Source: Desulfobacterales bacterium
Lineage (GTDB): Bacteria > Desulfobacterota > Syntrophobacteria > B119-G9
Direction of reading: 5' to 3'
Assembly (NCBI GenBank): GCA_026983715.1
Contig: JALSTM010000042.1
Coordinates: 14,594 to 78,593, forward strand
DNA: 64,000 bases
Shown here piece by piece: positions 29,176 through 37,563 of the stretch (positions are counted from its first letter, which is position 1; each line of letters begins with the position of its first letter). The notes under the pieces were generated by a model that searched no databases, was not told where the DNA came from, and worked only from the letters and a program-made list of their open reading frames with translations. The translations under genes and the position numbers were made by a program.

Positions 29176-31860
29176 ATGAGCGAAAAAGAAATTGTGCTGA
29201 TAGATGGAAACTCGTATATACACCGGGCTTTTCATGCATTGAGAGACCTAAAAAATTCCAAGGGGCAGCCCACCAATGCCATTTACGGATTTCTTAGGAT
29301 GTTGGATAAGGTATTGAAGGATAAAAAACCAAGGTATGCCGCGGTCATATTCGACACCGGCAAACCTACCTTTCGTCACGAAAAGTTTCCCGAATACAAG
29401 ATCAACCGATTGAAAATGCCCGAAGACATGGTGTCTCAGTTGCCATATATACGAGAAATAGTACAGGCCAGTGGGATTACAATCCTGGAGAAAGATGGGT
29501 ATGAAGCAGATGACCTTATTGCAACAATTTGTGAATGGGCAAGAAAAAACGGTTTCAGGGTCACCATCGTTTCCAGTGACAAGGATCTTCTTCAACTGGT
29601 GTCCGATGATATAGCTATGTGGGACACTATGAAAGATATCCTGATGACGCCAGAGTTCGTATTAGAAAAATATGAACTCCCCCCGGAAAAACTGGAAGAC
29701 GTATTCGCCCTTATGGGAGATACAAGCGACAACGTCCCAGGTGTTCCAGGAATAGGTCCGAAGACCGCAATAAAGTTAATTAGAGAGTACGGTTCACTGG
29801 AAAATGTAATTGAAAATGCCGACAAGATAAAGAGTAAAAAAATACGTGAAAATTTGAAAAAATATGCGGAACAGGCTCTCCTTTCCAAAGAGTTGGTCAG
29901 GCTCAAAAGGCACGCGCCGGTAGAAATAGACCTGAAGAAGTTTGCACTTAGGGAACCCGACTATGAGAAACTGGCCAAACTATACAGAGAACTAGAATTC
30001 AAATCCTTCCTTGAAGAGCTACCCGTCGATGTGGAACTAAAAAACAAAAGGCCTGGTGGAATCTTTCGCATAGTAGATACAAGCGAAGAGTTGGATAGGC
30101 TTTCGAAAGTGCTTAAACAATCTCGCTCCATCGCCATTGACATTATTGCTGACTCCCCCTTCCCCATGATTGCAAAACCTGTCGGCTTATGCGTGGCAAC
30201 AGGTTCTGATGAAGCTTTCTATATCCCTCATAAAATTCTCGAAGGCAGCGATTTTCCCGGTAGACCCAAAAACAGTTCCTTTGAACCCTTGAGATCGTTT
30301 CTTGAAAACGGCGATATTGCTAAAAATGGCCATAACCTTAAGTATGTGCTTCTTGTCTTAAAACAGGCGGGAACAAACCTGGCTGGCATCGACTTCGATG
30401 CAATGATTGCATCTTACCTGCTCGATCCCGGAAAAGCTTCCCACAACCTTGAAGCCATAGCAAAGGAAGTCCTGGAGGAAGACTTGTTATCCTTCGAAGA
30501 CATTGCAGGGAAAGGAAAGAAACAACTAAACTCTAGAGACATCAAATCCGAAAAGCTCTGCCAGTATATGTGCCAGAGATGCGTTGTATCGTGGCGTGTA
30601 ACACCAATTTTAAGGGAAAGGCTCGAAAAAGAAAACCTGAACAGGCTTTTTTACGAAATAGAGATGCCCCTTGTCTCCGTTCTGGCTTCCATGGAAGCTC
30701 ACGGAGTCCTTGTTGACAGATCCAAACTGGAAGAAGTTGCTAGGAACCTGGAAAAAAGGCTCAAGGTCATAGAACAAACCATCTACCAACTGGCAGGTGA
30801 AGAATTTAATATTCAGTCTCCTAAGCAACTGCGGGAGATTTTGTTCGACAGGTTGGGACTACCCGTTATCAAGAAAACAAAGACCGGTCCGTCCACGGAT
30901 GTGGAAGTTTTAACAGTACTGTCTAAGGAACATCCGTTGCCCAAGGCTGTACTGGAATACAGGAGCCTTGCCAAGCTAAAAAGCGGTTACGTTGATTCGT
31001 TACCAAAACTTATAAATCCTAAAACCGGGCGTATTCACACTTCGTATAACCAGACGGTCACGGCCACGGGACGTCTTAGCAGCAGCGATCCAAACCTTCA
31101 AAACATACCCATACGTACGGAAGAAGGTCGTGAAATCAGGTCTGCCTTTGTTGCTCCACAAGGGTATATGCTCCTGTCTGCCGACTATTCCCAGATTGAA
31201 CTCCGCATACTGGCTCATTACTCCAGGGATGAACTTTTGATAGAAGCCTTCAAAAAAGGCGAAGACATTCATGCGAAGACGGCTTCAGAGGTCCTGGGAG
31301 TCCCCATTGAAGAAGTAACCCCTGACATGAGAAGGCAGGCTAAGGTAGTTAATTTCGGGATAATTTACGGAATGGGGGCATACGGGCTTGCCAAAGAACT
31401 AGGCATTTCAACTTCGGAAGCGAAGGAATGGATAGAAAACTATTTTGCACGATACAAGGGGGTGAAACGTTTCATAGAGGAAACTATCGCTACCGCAAGG
31501 GACAAGGGATACGTGGAAACCCTCTGGGGACGTAAACGATACATCCCGGAGATAAACAGCAGGAACAAGAACGTTCAGCAATTCGGAGAACGCCTTGCAG
31601 TAAATACTCCGATACAGGGGAGTGCCGCTGACCTGATAAAAAGCGTAATGATACGTTTGCATAACCTGTTGCCAGAACAGCCCTTCAGAGCAAAAATGAT
31701 CTTGCAGGTACATGATGAACTCATATTCGAAGTTGAAGAAGACGCCTGCGAGAAACTGGGCAGTCTCCTGAAAAAAGAGATGACTTCGGTAAAAAGGCTC
31801 AATGTACCCCTCGAAGTTGAGATAGGATGGGGCAAAAACTGGACGGACGCTCACCCTTAA
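29176..31860 (+). CDS. polA: DNA polymerase I
   Basis: 894 aa. A 5'-3' exonuclease domain (LIDGNSYIHRAFHA) and a 3'-5' exonuclease-like region are followed by a family A polymerase domain with motif A (LLSADYSQIELRILAH) and motif C (QVHDELIFEV). Confidence 0.95.
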   Translation: MSEKEIVLIDGNSYIHRAFHALRDLKNSKGQPTNAIYGFLRMLDKVLKDKKPRYAAVIFDTGKPTFRHEKFPEYKINRLKMPEDMVSQLPYIREIVQASGITILEKDGYEADDLIATICEWARKNGFRVTIVSSDKDLLQLVSDDIAMWDTMKDILMTPEFVLEKYELPPEKLEDVFALMGDTSDNVPGVPGIGPKTAIKLIREYGSLENVIENADKIKSKKIRENLKKYAEQALLSKELVRLKRHAPVEIDLKKFALREPDYEKLAKLYRELEFKSFLEELPVDVELKNKRPGGIFRIVDTSEELDRLSKVLKQSRSIAIDIIADSPFPMIAKPVGLCVATGSDEAFYIPHKILEGSDFPGRPKNSSFEPLRSFLENGDIAKNGHNLKYVLLVLKQAGTNLAGIDFDAMIASYLLDPGKASHNLEAIAKEVLEEDLLSFEDIAGKGKKQLNSRDIKSEKLCQYMCQRCVVSWRVTPILRERLEKENLNRLFYEIEMPLVSVLASMEAHGVLVDRSKLEEVARNLEKRLKVIEQTIYQLAGEEFNIQSPKQLREILFDRLGLPVIKKTKTGPSTDVEVLTVLSKEHPLPKAVLEYRSLAKLKSGYVDSLPKLINPKTGRIHTSYNQTVTATGRLSSSDPNLQNIPIRTEEGREIRSAFVAPQGYMLLSADYSQIELRILAHYSRDELLIEAFKKGEDIHAKTASEVLGVPIEEVTPDMRRQAKVVNFGIIYGMGAYGLAKELGISTSEAKEWIENYFARYKGVKRFIEETIATARDKGYVETLWGRKRYIPEINSRNKNVQQFGERLAVNTPIQGSAADLIKSVMIRLHNLLPEQPFRAKMILQVHDELIFEVEEDACEKLGSLLKKEMTSVKRLNVPLEVEIGWGKNWTDAHP

Positions 31861-31870
31861 AGATACATAA

Positions 31871-31896
31871 GGCCACCCGAGCTTTTCCGGGCGGCC
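31871..31896. terminator. possible bidirectional stem-loop between polA and the convergent small gene
   Basis: GGCCACCCG agcttttc CGGGCGGCC forms a 9-bp stem with one mismatch. There is no clear U-tract on either strand, so this is weak. Confidence 0.3.
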
Positions 31897-31947
31897 TATT
31901 ACACTCGCTTGCGTGAAGCTTCCTAAATTGTCGCGAAGAACCGAGGC

Positions 31948-32271
31948 TTACGAAGATTCTTTTGCCTTTTCCAGTTCCTTTCTCAGTTCTTCTGCTTCCT
32001 TTTTGTACTTTTCCGCTTCTTCCTTGTACTTTTCTACGTCGCTGGTTGACTCAAAGGTTGGTTCTTCTTCACTACTCTTTTTTTTTAAAAAAGGTAAGTC
32101 AGGGAGCTTGTCTTTCACTTCGTCATAACCTAGATAAGCCGCCAAGGCACCACCCAGTAGCAAACCTACTGGAATCGCTCCCGCCAGTAACTGCAAGAAG
32201 GGCTTCCACCAAATAATTATGCCAATGAAGCCAAAAAAAGCCGCTACAAGACCTCCAAGAAAAACTGCCAT
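31948..32271 (-). CDS. small membrane protein with charged coiled-coil tail (hypothetical)
   Basis: 107 aa. Two predicted transmembrane helices (FLGGLVAAFFGFIGIIIWW and GAIPVGLLLGGALAAYLGY) are followed by a lysine/glutamate-rich tail (EKYKEEAEKYKKEAEELRKELEKAKE). Confidence 0.4.
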   Translation of the reverse strand: MAVFLGGLVAAFFGFIGIIIWWKPFLQLLAGAIPVGLLLGGALAAYLGYDEVKDKLPDLPFLKKKSSEEEPTFESTSDVEKYKEEAEKYKKEAEELRKELEKAKESS

Positions 32272-32416
32272 TGCTGTCCTCCTCTCCTAGAAACTTTATT
32301 CCATTACCTTCATTTCAATTCTTCGGAATTAAACTGATTTCAACTCCTATAGCATTTCAAGGATTCTTTGGCAAGATAAAATTATCACATGGTTCAAGAA
32401 TTCGCGCCGGGGATTT

Positions 32417-33178
32417 TTACACGAATAACCCTGGGTGTAGTACTTTAGCCAATTCTTCCACCATATCCACTATTCTGGGGCCACTTCTACAGGTTAGCCC
32501 ACATGGGAAACAGTAGATTTTATTTTTTCGAACAGCCCTTATTGATTTCCAACTTACACTTTTACGGATCTTCTCCTTGAGATCCTGTTCACAAAAGAAA
32601 ATTATCTCGGGATCTTTCTTCTTAACCTCCCTTAAGCTTACAGTAAAATATGGCTTTGTTACACTTCTAAATATATTTCTTCCCCCTGCGAGCCTGATTA
32701 CGTCATCTTGAAATGCTCCAGAACCAACAGTTACCAGAGGATTCCAGTTCATTATCCTGAATACAGATGGCCGAAAATCGAGCGAAGAAGTGACTTCTGC
32801 AATTTTTTCCAGACGCTTAACCAGGCTCTTTACCTTGGCCTCCAGATCTATTGCCTCCACCAGGCGCCCCAGTTTCTCAATGTCTCCGATAGCTGTCTTA
32901 ACATCAGGCGGGTTCGAGTGGAAAACCCGGATTCCGTGCTCTTCGAGAAAACGGGCAAATTCAAGCTGGTGACTGCTAAAAGTGCAAACAAGATCGGGGG
33001 CGACCTCTAATATTTCCGGAATATTCGGATAAGCCCAAGTACCGAAAGTCTTTTTCGACTTTGCTTCTTCGGGATAGTCACAGTTCTCAGTTACACCGAT
33101 CACCTTGTCCTTCACGCCCAAAAAGTATAGAGTTTCCGTATGAGTAGGTGCAAGGGATATTATTTTACGATCAACCAT
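32417..33178 (-). CDS. BtuF/TroA-like periplasmic-binding-fold protein (cobalamin/iron-siderophore-binding type), apparently lacking a signal peptide
   Basis: 253 aa. The N-terminus KIISLAPTHTETLYFLGVKDKVIGVTENCDYPEEA and the motif IPEILEVAPDLV resemble BtuF-like class III substrate-binding proteins. No N-terminal hydrophobic leader is present. Confidence 0.6.
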   Translation of the reverse strand: MVDRKIISLAPTHTETLYFLGVKDKVIGVTENCDYPEEAKSKKTFGTWAYPNIPEILEVAPDLVCTFSSHQLEFARFLEEHGIRVFHSNPPDVKTAIGDIEKLGRLVEAIDLEAKVKSLVKRLEKIAEVTSSLDFRPSVFRIMNWNPLVTVGSGAFQDDVIRLAGGRNIFRSVTKPYFTVSLREVKKKDPEIIFFCEQDLKEKIRKSVSWKSIRAVRKNKIYCFPCGLTCRSGPRIVDMVEELAKVLHPGLFV

Positions 33179-33230
33179 ACCAACTCCATTTAATATTTAA
33201 CCTCTTATGGCGCTTGCACTCGGTATCGAA

Positions 33231-33297
33231 CCTGAATCCGTGACGAAACTTTATGGCTAATTTGTATAGTATAAGGTGAACGATCACTGATTCAGGC
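33231..33297. repeat. short MITE-like element with family-C inverted-repeat ends
   Basis: The left end is cctgaatccgtgacg (33231–33245). The right end gaacgatcactgattcagg (33279–33297) is the reverse complement of cctgaatcagtgatcgttc. The interior tttatggctaatttgta resembles ttttgtggctgatttgt in the 13328 copy. Confidence 0.55.
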
Positions 33298-33376
33298 ATT
33301 TGACAGATATTTTCCATGGTAGTATTAAACAGCAAGGAAAGAAAGTGCTTTTAACTACCGGTAACTACCAAAGGCC

Positions 33377-33805
33377 ATGGAAGAAAGAGCTATTTCAATT
33401 GAACAAATTTCAAACTTCTTGGCGGAGAACCTTAGACAAGAAAAGAGTATACTTGTCGTTTATGTTTTTGGTTCCTACGCAAGAGGCGACACACACCCGG
33501 AATCAGACCTGGACCTTGCTTTCTTAGTGGACGAAAAAAGATATAAAACTGATCCTTTCGATGCCACGGCTCCAGCACACATAATATCTGCTAATATTGG
33601 AATCAAGTTCGACATAGAAACCGATGTAACGATTTTAAATTCCGCATCCATCGAAATGGCTTACGACATAGTAACAAAGGGCAAGTGTGTTTATTTTAGA
33701 GACGAAGACAAGAAAATCGAGTATGAAATAAAAATACGCAGCCTTTATTATGACTTCAGGCCCTTTCTTGAAGAACTTCGAAAAAAAACAATAGCCGAAC
33801 TTTGA
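33377..33805 (+). CDS. nucleotidyltransferase-domain antitoxin (MntA-like)
   Basis: 142 aa. The minimal nucleotidyltransferase motifs are present (VYVFGSYARGDTHPESDLDLAFLV). It lies immediately upstream of a HepT-like gene. Confidence 0.8.
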   Translation: MEERAISIEQISNFLAENLRQEKSILVVYVFGSYARGDTHPESDLDLAFLVDEKRYKTDPFDATAPAHIISANIGIKFDIETDVTILNSASIEMAYDIVTKGKCVYFRDEDKKIEYEIKIRSLYYDFRPFLEELRKKTIAEL

Positions 33806-33814
33806 AAGGAGACC

Positions 33815-34243
33815 ATGAAAACTCTGGAAAAGAAAATCCAGATTTTGAGAGAACGTATTAAAAGGCTCAAAGATATTTCCGCAAGAGCAAAATCGTTTGC
33901 CGATTATCAAAGATCCTACGATTTAAAAGACATGACTGAAAGAAACGTACAGGTTGCCATCGAAGCCTGCCTGGATATAGGGAAAATAATTATTTTCAAA
34001 GAAGGCTTAAAAGAACCGAAAGACAATAAAGGGATTTTCGTAATACTAGGTGAAGCAGGGATAATCAGCAGAGACCTCACTTCCTTTTTGATTCCGATGG
34101 CGGGCACACGCAATATTCTCGTACACAGTTATTACAAAATTGAAAACGGAATCATGTATGGAATATTGAAAAGACACATTGAGGATTTTGAAGCGTTTCT
34201 ATCAGAGATAAAGAGAAATTACCTTCAGAAGCACCAACACTGA
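33815..34243 (+). CDS. HepT-like (DUF86) RNase toxin
   Basis: 142 aa. The R-x4-H-x-Y motif RNILVHSYYKI is present, and the gene is paired with the upstream nucleotidyltransferase, as in type VII MntA/HepT modules. Confidence 0.8.
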   Translation: MKTLEKKIQILRERIKRLKDISARAKSFADYQRSYDLKDMTERNVQVAIEACLDIGKIIIFKEGLKEPKDNKGIFVILGEAGIISRDLTSFLIPMAGTRNILVHSYYKIENGIMYGILKRHIEDFEAFLSEIKRNYLQKHQH

Positions 34244-34295
34244 AATAGTCCGACCACTTAACCCTATCGACCGTTTTGAGGGAAAGGCTGGATTC

Positions 34296-34838
34296 TTGAG
34301 GTGCAAGGGGAAATTAGTGATCTCGCCAGAGATAAGTGAAGTTCACGGAATACTTGAAAAGATTCAACTTGCCAAGGATCTCTATTCTAAATTTAAACTA
34401 CCATTGAAATCAAACCCGGAGGTAAAAATACTCTTCTCTGAGGTAGAAAGATTAATAGCAAGATCGAAGAGAATGATGGCAGAGATGGGAGTGAATGATC
34501 TCTGCCGGTCATGCGAAGAAGAGGAAGGTGGCAGTTGCTGCGGTGCCGGTATTGAAAACAGGTATGATGTAGTTCTACTTCTTTTGAATTTGCTGGCAGG
34601 GGTAATCCTCCCCATCTCACGGTATGATAAAAATAGTTGCTTCTTCTTAGGACCGGAAGGCTGCCAATTAAAAATTCGCCACACGTTATGTGTAAACTTC
34701 CTTTGCAGTAAAATTGAAGATAATCTCTCCCTTGATCAACTGGTATGGCTTCAAATGGTACTGGGAGAGGAGATGGAGAAAAGCTTTGTATTGTATGAAA
34801 CTGTAAAAAATTTGCTACTAAAACTAACGGAACGCTAA
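34296..34838 (+). CDS. cysteine-rich hypothetical protein (CxxC…CC cluster)
   Basis: 180 aa. The cysteine cluster is CRSCEEEEGGSCCGAG…C…C…C..C, possibly a UPF0153/YkgJ-like zinc- or iron-chelating domain. It abuts the downstream methyltransferase gene with no gap. Confidence 0.4.
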   Translation: MRCKGKLVISPEISEVHGILEKIQLAKDLYSKFKLPLKSNPEVKILFSEVERLIARSKRMMAEMGVNDLCRSCEEEEGGSCCGAGIENRYDVVLLLLNLLAGVILPISRYDKNSCFFLGPEGCQLKIRHTLCVNFLCSKIEDNLSLDQLVWLQMVLGEEMEKSFVLYETVKNLLLKLTER

Positions 34839-35453
34839 ATGATTGACCAAAAACTCGATAATACATTACAAGCCATCTCGGAATTCTTTAACCGGTACAA
34901 GGTCGGATACGAAGGGAACAAGGGCTACCGCAAAACCACCGATCTGTTTAAACTACACCGGGCGGTTGAAGATCTTGAGAGATTAGGATTAATTAACAAG
35001 GAACAAACCGTTTTTTGGGATCTTGGCTGTGGAGACGGCAGGGTCAACCTGTTTATGAGTTACCTAGTTAAATTTTCCATCGGAACTGAAATCGAGCCAA
35101 CCATTTTTGAAGAATGCGAAATCCGAAAAACGGAAATAGAAGATGCCTTGAAAAAGAAGCACCTACTTCTTCCTCCTCCGAACATGTTCTTGTACCTGGG
35201 AGATTCACTCTCTAAGGCAACACAGGATGCCGTTTTCAGACATACGGGTTATCTCTTCAACGAAATAGACATATTTTACACGTACATTACCCTCCATGAT
35301 CTTTTTGCCGAACAAATTATAAACAATGCAAAATCCGGAGCACTTTATCTGGTATATGGATTTAGCAAGATTCTGCCGTCTTACGACGGGATGGAACTGG
35401 TTAACCCCGACGTGGGAAAGCAAAATATCATGACTCTCTACAGGAAATTATAA
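34839..35453 (+). CDS. class I SAM-dependent methyltransferase
   Basis: 204 aa. Motif I (VFWDLGCGDGRVNL) indicates a Rossmann-type methyltransferase fold. The substrate is unknown. Confidence 0.6.
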   Translation: MIDQKLDNTLQAISEFFNRYKVGYEGNKGYRKTTDLFKLHRAVEDLERLGLINKEQTVFWDLGCGDGRVNLFMSYLVKFSIGTEIEPTIFEECEIRKTEIEDALKKKHLLLPPPNMFLYLGDSLSKATQDAVFRHTGYLFNEIDIFYTYITLHDLFAEQIINNAKSGALYLVYGFSKILPSYDGMELVNPDVGKQNIMTLYRKL

Positions 35454-35482
35454 GGTCTTCCCTGTTGTTAAATGAGTTTGTT

Positions 35483-35505
35483 CCCACGGTTAAAGCCGTG
35501 AGCTA
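35483..35505. repeat. family-A hairpin, partial variant
   Basis: The string cccacggttaaagccgtgagcta is a variant of the family-A hairpin (cccacggttaaaaccgtgggcta). Confidence 0.5.
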
Positions 35506-35675
35506 ATTGACGATGGGGAAGATCGAAGCAGCGCAATCTCAAAGAGTTTGATATTCCAAGGACATTGCTTCGCAATCTGCCTTTCGCACTCACCTCGTAA
35601 TGTCAAAATCCCACAAATATTTAAGGAATCGTTTACTAGTGGCCAAAGCACGCCCATCTTCTAAATCTTCCGCCA

Positions 35676-36242
35676 TCAGTGATCACGTCCATCAAACCAC
35701 CAGGAACTGGAATCAGTCTTGGTGATTTGGTCTGCTATTTTTCGTCCTATATCTGTTTTCAGACGCTCTTTTGCGAAGTGAATCCATCGGGAGGCATACT
35801 TGTTTCCAAGATCGAGCTGTTCTTTCAGTTCCAGAATAAGTTCTAGTTGGTCAGCGTCATGGACCAACTGTGCTTCCTTGGTATTATTTGTTTTTAGTTC
35901 CAGCAGTAATTCTTCAATTTCATCACCAAAGGGTAGAGTTGAAGTAAGGTCTTCTATGGCTTCTTTCTCTTTTGCCTCCACGTAATGTTTGTTAACGTAG
36001 TTCAGGTCTCCGGTCCTGGTCTCAGGCAGATCATGAAAAAGGCACATCTTAAGCACCTTGAACTCGTCTACGCCTTCTTCCAGCTTTGCAAGTGAGAAAC
36101 CTATTATCGCAACCCTGAAACTGTGTTCAGAAACACTCTGCTTACCGGTTCCAAGGAACTGGAAACCTGATCGCGGAGTCTTATTGAGCATACCTGCTTC
36201 AAAAAAGAAATTGACAATGTTTTTGAATTTATTATCCGTCAT
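35676..36242 (-). CDS. HD-domain 5'-deoxynucleotidase (YfbR-like)
   Basis: 188 aa. An HD motif is present (SVSEHSFRVAIIGFSLA…LFHDLPETRTGD). Confidence 0.75.
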   Translation of the reverse strand: MTDNKFKNIVNFFFEAGMLNKTPRSGFQFLGTGKQSVSEHSFRVAIIGFSLAKLEEGVDEFKVLKMCLFHDLPETRTGDLNYVNKHYVEAKEKEAIEDLTSTLPFGDEIEELLLELKTNNTKEAQLVHDADQLELILELKEQLDLGNKYASRWIHFAKERLKTDIGRKIADQITKTDSSSWWFDGRDH

Positions 36243-36245
36243 CTA

Positions 36246-36710
36246 CTAACCCTGCTCAATTTCCACTATGAGGTCAATTTCCACCGGAGAGTTCAACGGT
36301 AATGAAGCAACGCCCACGGCAATGCGACTATGCTTACCCGTTTCATCGCCAAATACATCCACTAGAAGGTCCGACGCACCGTTTATTACTGCAGGCTGCT
36401 CCGTGAAACCCGGGGCTGACGCAACGTACCCAGAAAGGCGAACGATCTTTTTAACCCTGTCAAGAGTACCTAGTTCCTTTTTCAGTACCGCCAAAACATT
36501 CAAAATACAGGTACGGGCTGCGACCTTGGCTTCTTCCAGGGAAAGATCTCTCCCCACGATTCCTTCGCTTACGAGTTTCTTTTCTACTATGGGGATTTGC
36601 CCCGAAACAAAGACCAAGTTTCCGGTCGTCACCGCCGGTACATACGAAGCGACGGGTTCAGGGGCAGGCGGTAGTTTAATACCAAGTTTTTCGAGTCTCT
36701 TCTCGGGCAT
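36246..36710 (-). CDS. RidA/YjgF family reactive-intermediate deaminase
   Basis: 154 aa. The core is YjgF/RidA-like (…LVFVSGQIP…, …ARTCILNVLAVLK…). Confidence 0.7.
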   Translation of the reverse strand: MPEKRLEKLGIKLPPAPEPVASYVPAVTTGNLVFVSGQIPIVEKKLVSEGIVGRDLSLEEAKVAARTCILNVLAVLKKELGTLDRVKKIVRLSGYVASAPGFTEQPAVINGASDLLVDVFGDETGKHSRIAVGVASLPLNSPVEIDLIVEIEQG

Positions 36711-36727
36711 ACTTTTTCTCCAGTCTC

Positions 36728-37153
36728 TTAATCTACCTTTTCTATAATCAGGTGCAAGATAAACGTTTCATCCCCTAAGGGATGATTAAAATCTGCCCAG
36801 ATTAAATCATTTTCCACCTTCTTCACCCTGAAAGGGTGTATCCTATTTTCGTCATCCCTGTAGTGGAAAAAATCTCCGGGGCTGAGCGAGCTTTCTATGT
36901 CTAACTTATCAATTGGTATAGGAATGATCTTTTTTTCGTCGTAGGGACCAAAGATATCGCTTCCCTTTATTTCCATTACAACTGATTCTCCAGGAGTGCG
37001 ACCCAGAACCGCATCTTCAATAACTGGCACTGCTTCCCCTTTTCCAACTTCAAAAGAAGCCTTAAACGATTTCATGTCCCTAAGGCTCCCAGTGGAGCCC
37101 TGGAGATAGATACTGTATTCGACGGTAACCTTTGATCCCACGGTAACTTTCAT
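36728..37153 (-). CDS. FKBP-type peptidyl-prolyl cis-trans isomerase (SlyD-like)
   Basis: 141 aa. The sequence MKVTVGSKVTVEYSIYLQ…FEVGKGEAVPVIEDAVLGRTPGE…HPLGDETFILHLIIEKV shows an FKBP fold with an insert-in-flap-like segment. Confidence 0.8.
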   Translation of the reverse strand: MKVTVGSKVTVEYSIYLQGSTGSLRDMKSFKASFEVGKGEAVPVIEDAVLGRTPGESVVMEIKGSDIFGPYDEKKIIPIPIDKLDIESSLSPGDFFHYRDDENRIHPFRVKKVENDLIWADFNHPLGDETFILHLIIEKVD

Positions 37154-37329
37154 GGCTTCTCTTTGTTCCCTTTGTATCCAGCACGATTACGTAATGTTAA
37201 GTGTTTCATCGCTACCTGCAACCCCATATTATAAGTTGAGATGCGTGTCAACAGGATAGTTTCTACCTTTCGGCATCTCCATAGAGATAAAAGATGAATT
37301 GGCTCTGTATACACAGGGATAAGGCATAA

Positions 37330-37395
37330 GAGAAACCGATGAATCGGTTCTATGTTGGGCCTTGCCTTAATACCCACGGTTGAAACCGTGGGCTA
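37330..37395 (+). repeat. double-hairpin intergenic element (family A/B), copy 2
   Basis: The palindrome gagaaaccgatgaatcggtt, about 21 nt of spacer, then tacccacggttgaaaccgtgggcta. It is upstream of nadE and of the divergent FKBP gene. Confidence 0.7.
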
Positions 37396-37563
37396 CGCTG
37401 TGATCGTAACTCAGGGTCATGAGCCAGCTAGAGCTTGGCTTCATCCGAGATTGATGAGATGAAAAGAAGAAGCATATAAAAACACTTCTTGAACAATTAT
37501 TCCCCCTTATGCTATTTTGCAAGGGATTTAGCAAAGATATAAATTAAAAAACCAGGAGTTTCC

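Noticed and set aside
31871-31896. Stem-loop after polA as a confident rho-independent terminator
   Set aside because: The stem has a mismatch and there is no U-tract on either strand. It is kept only as a low-confidence feature.
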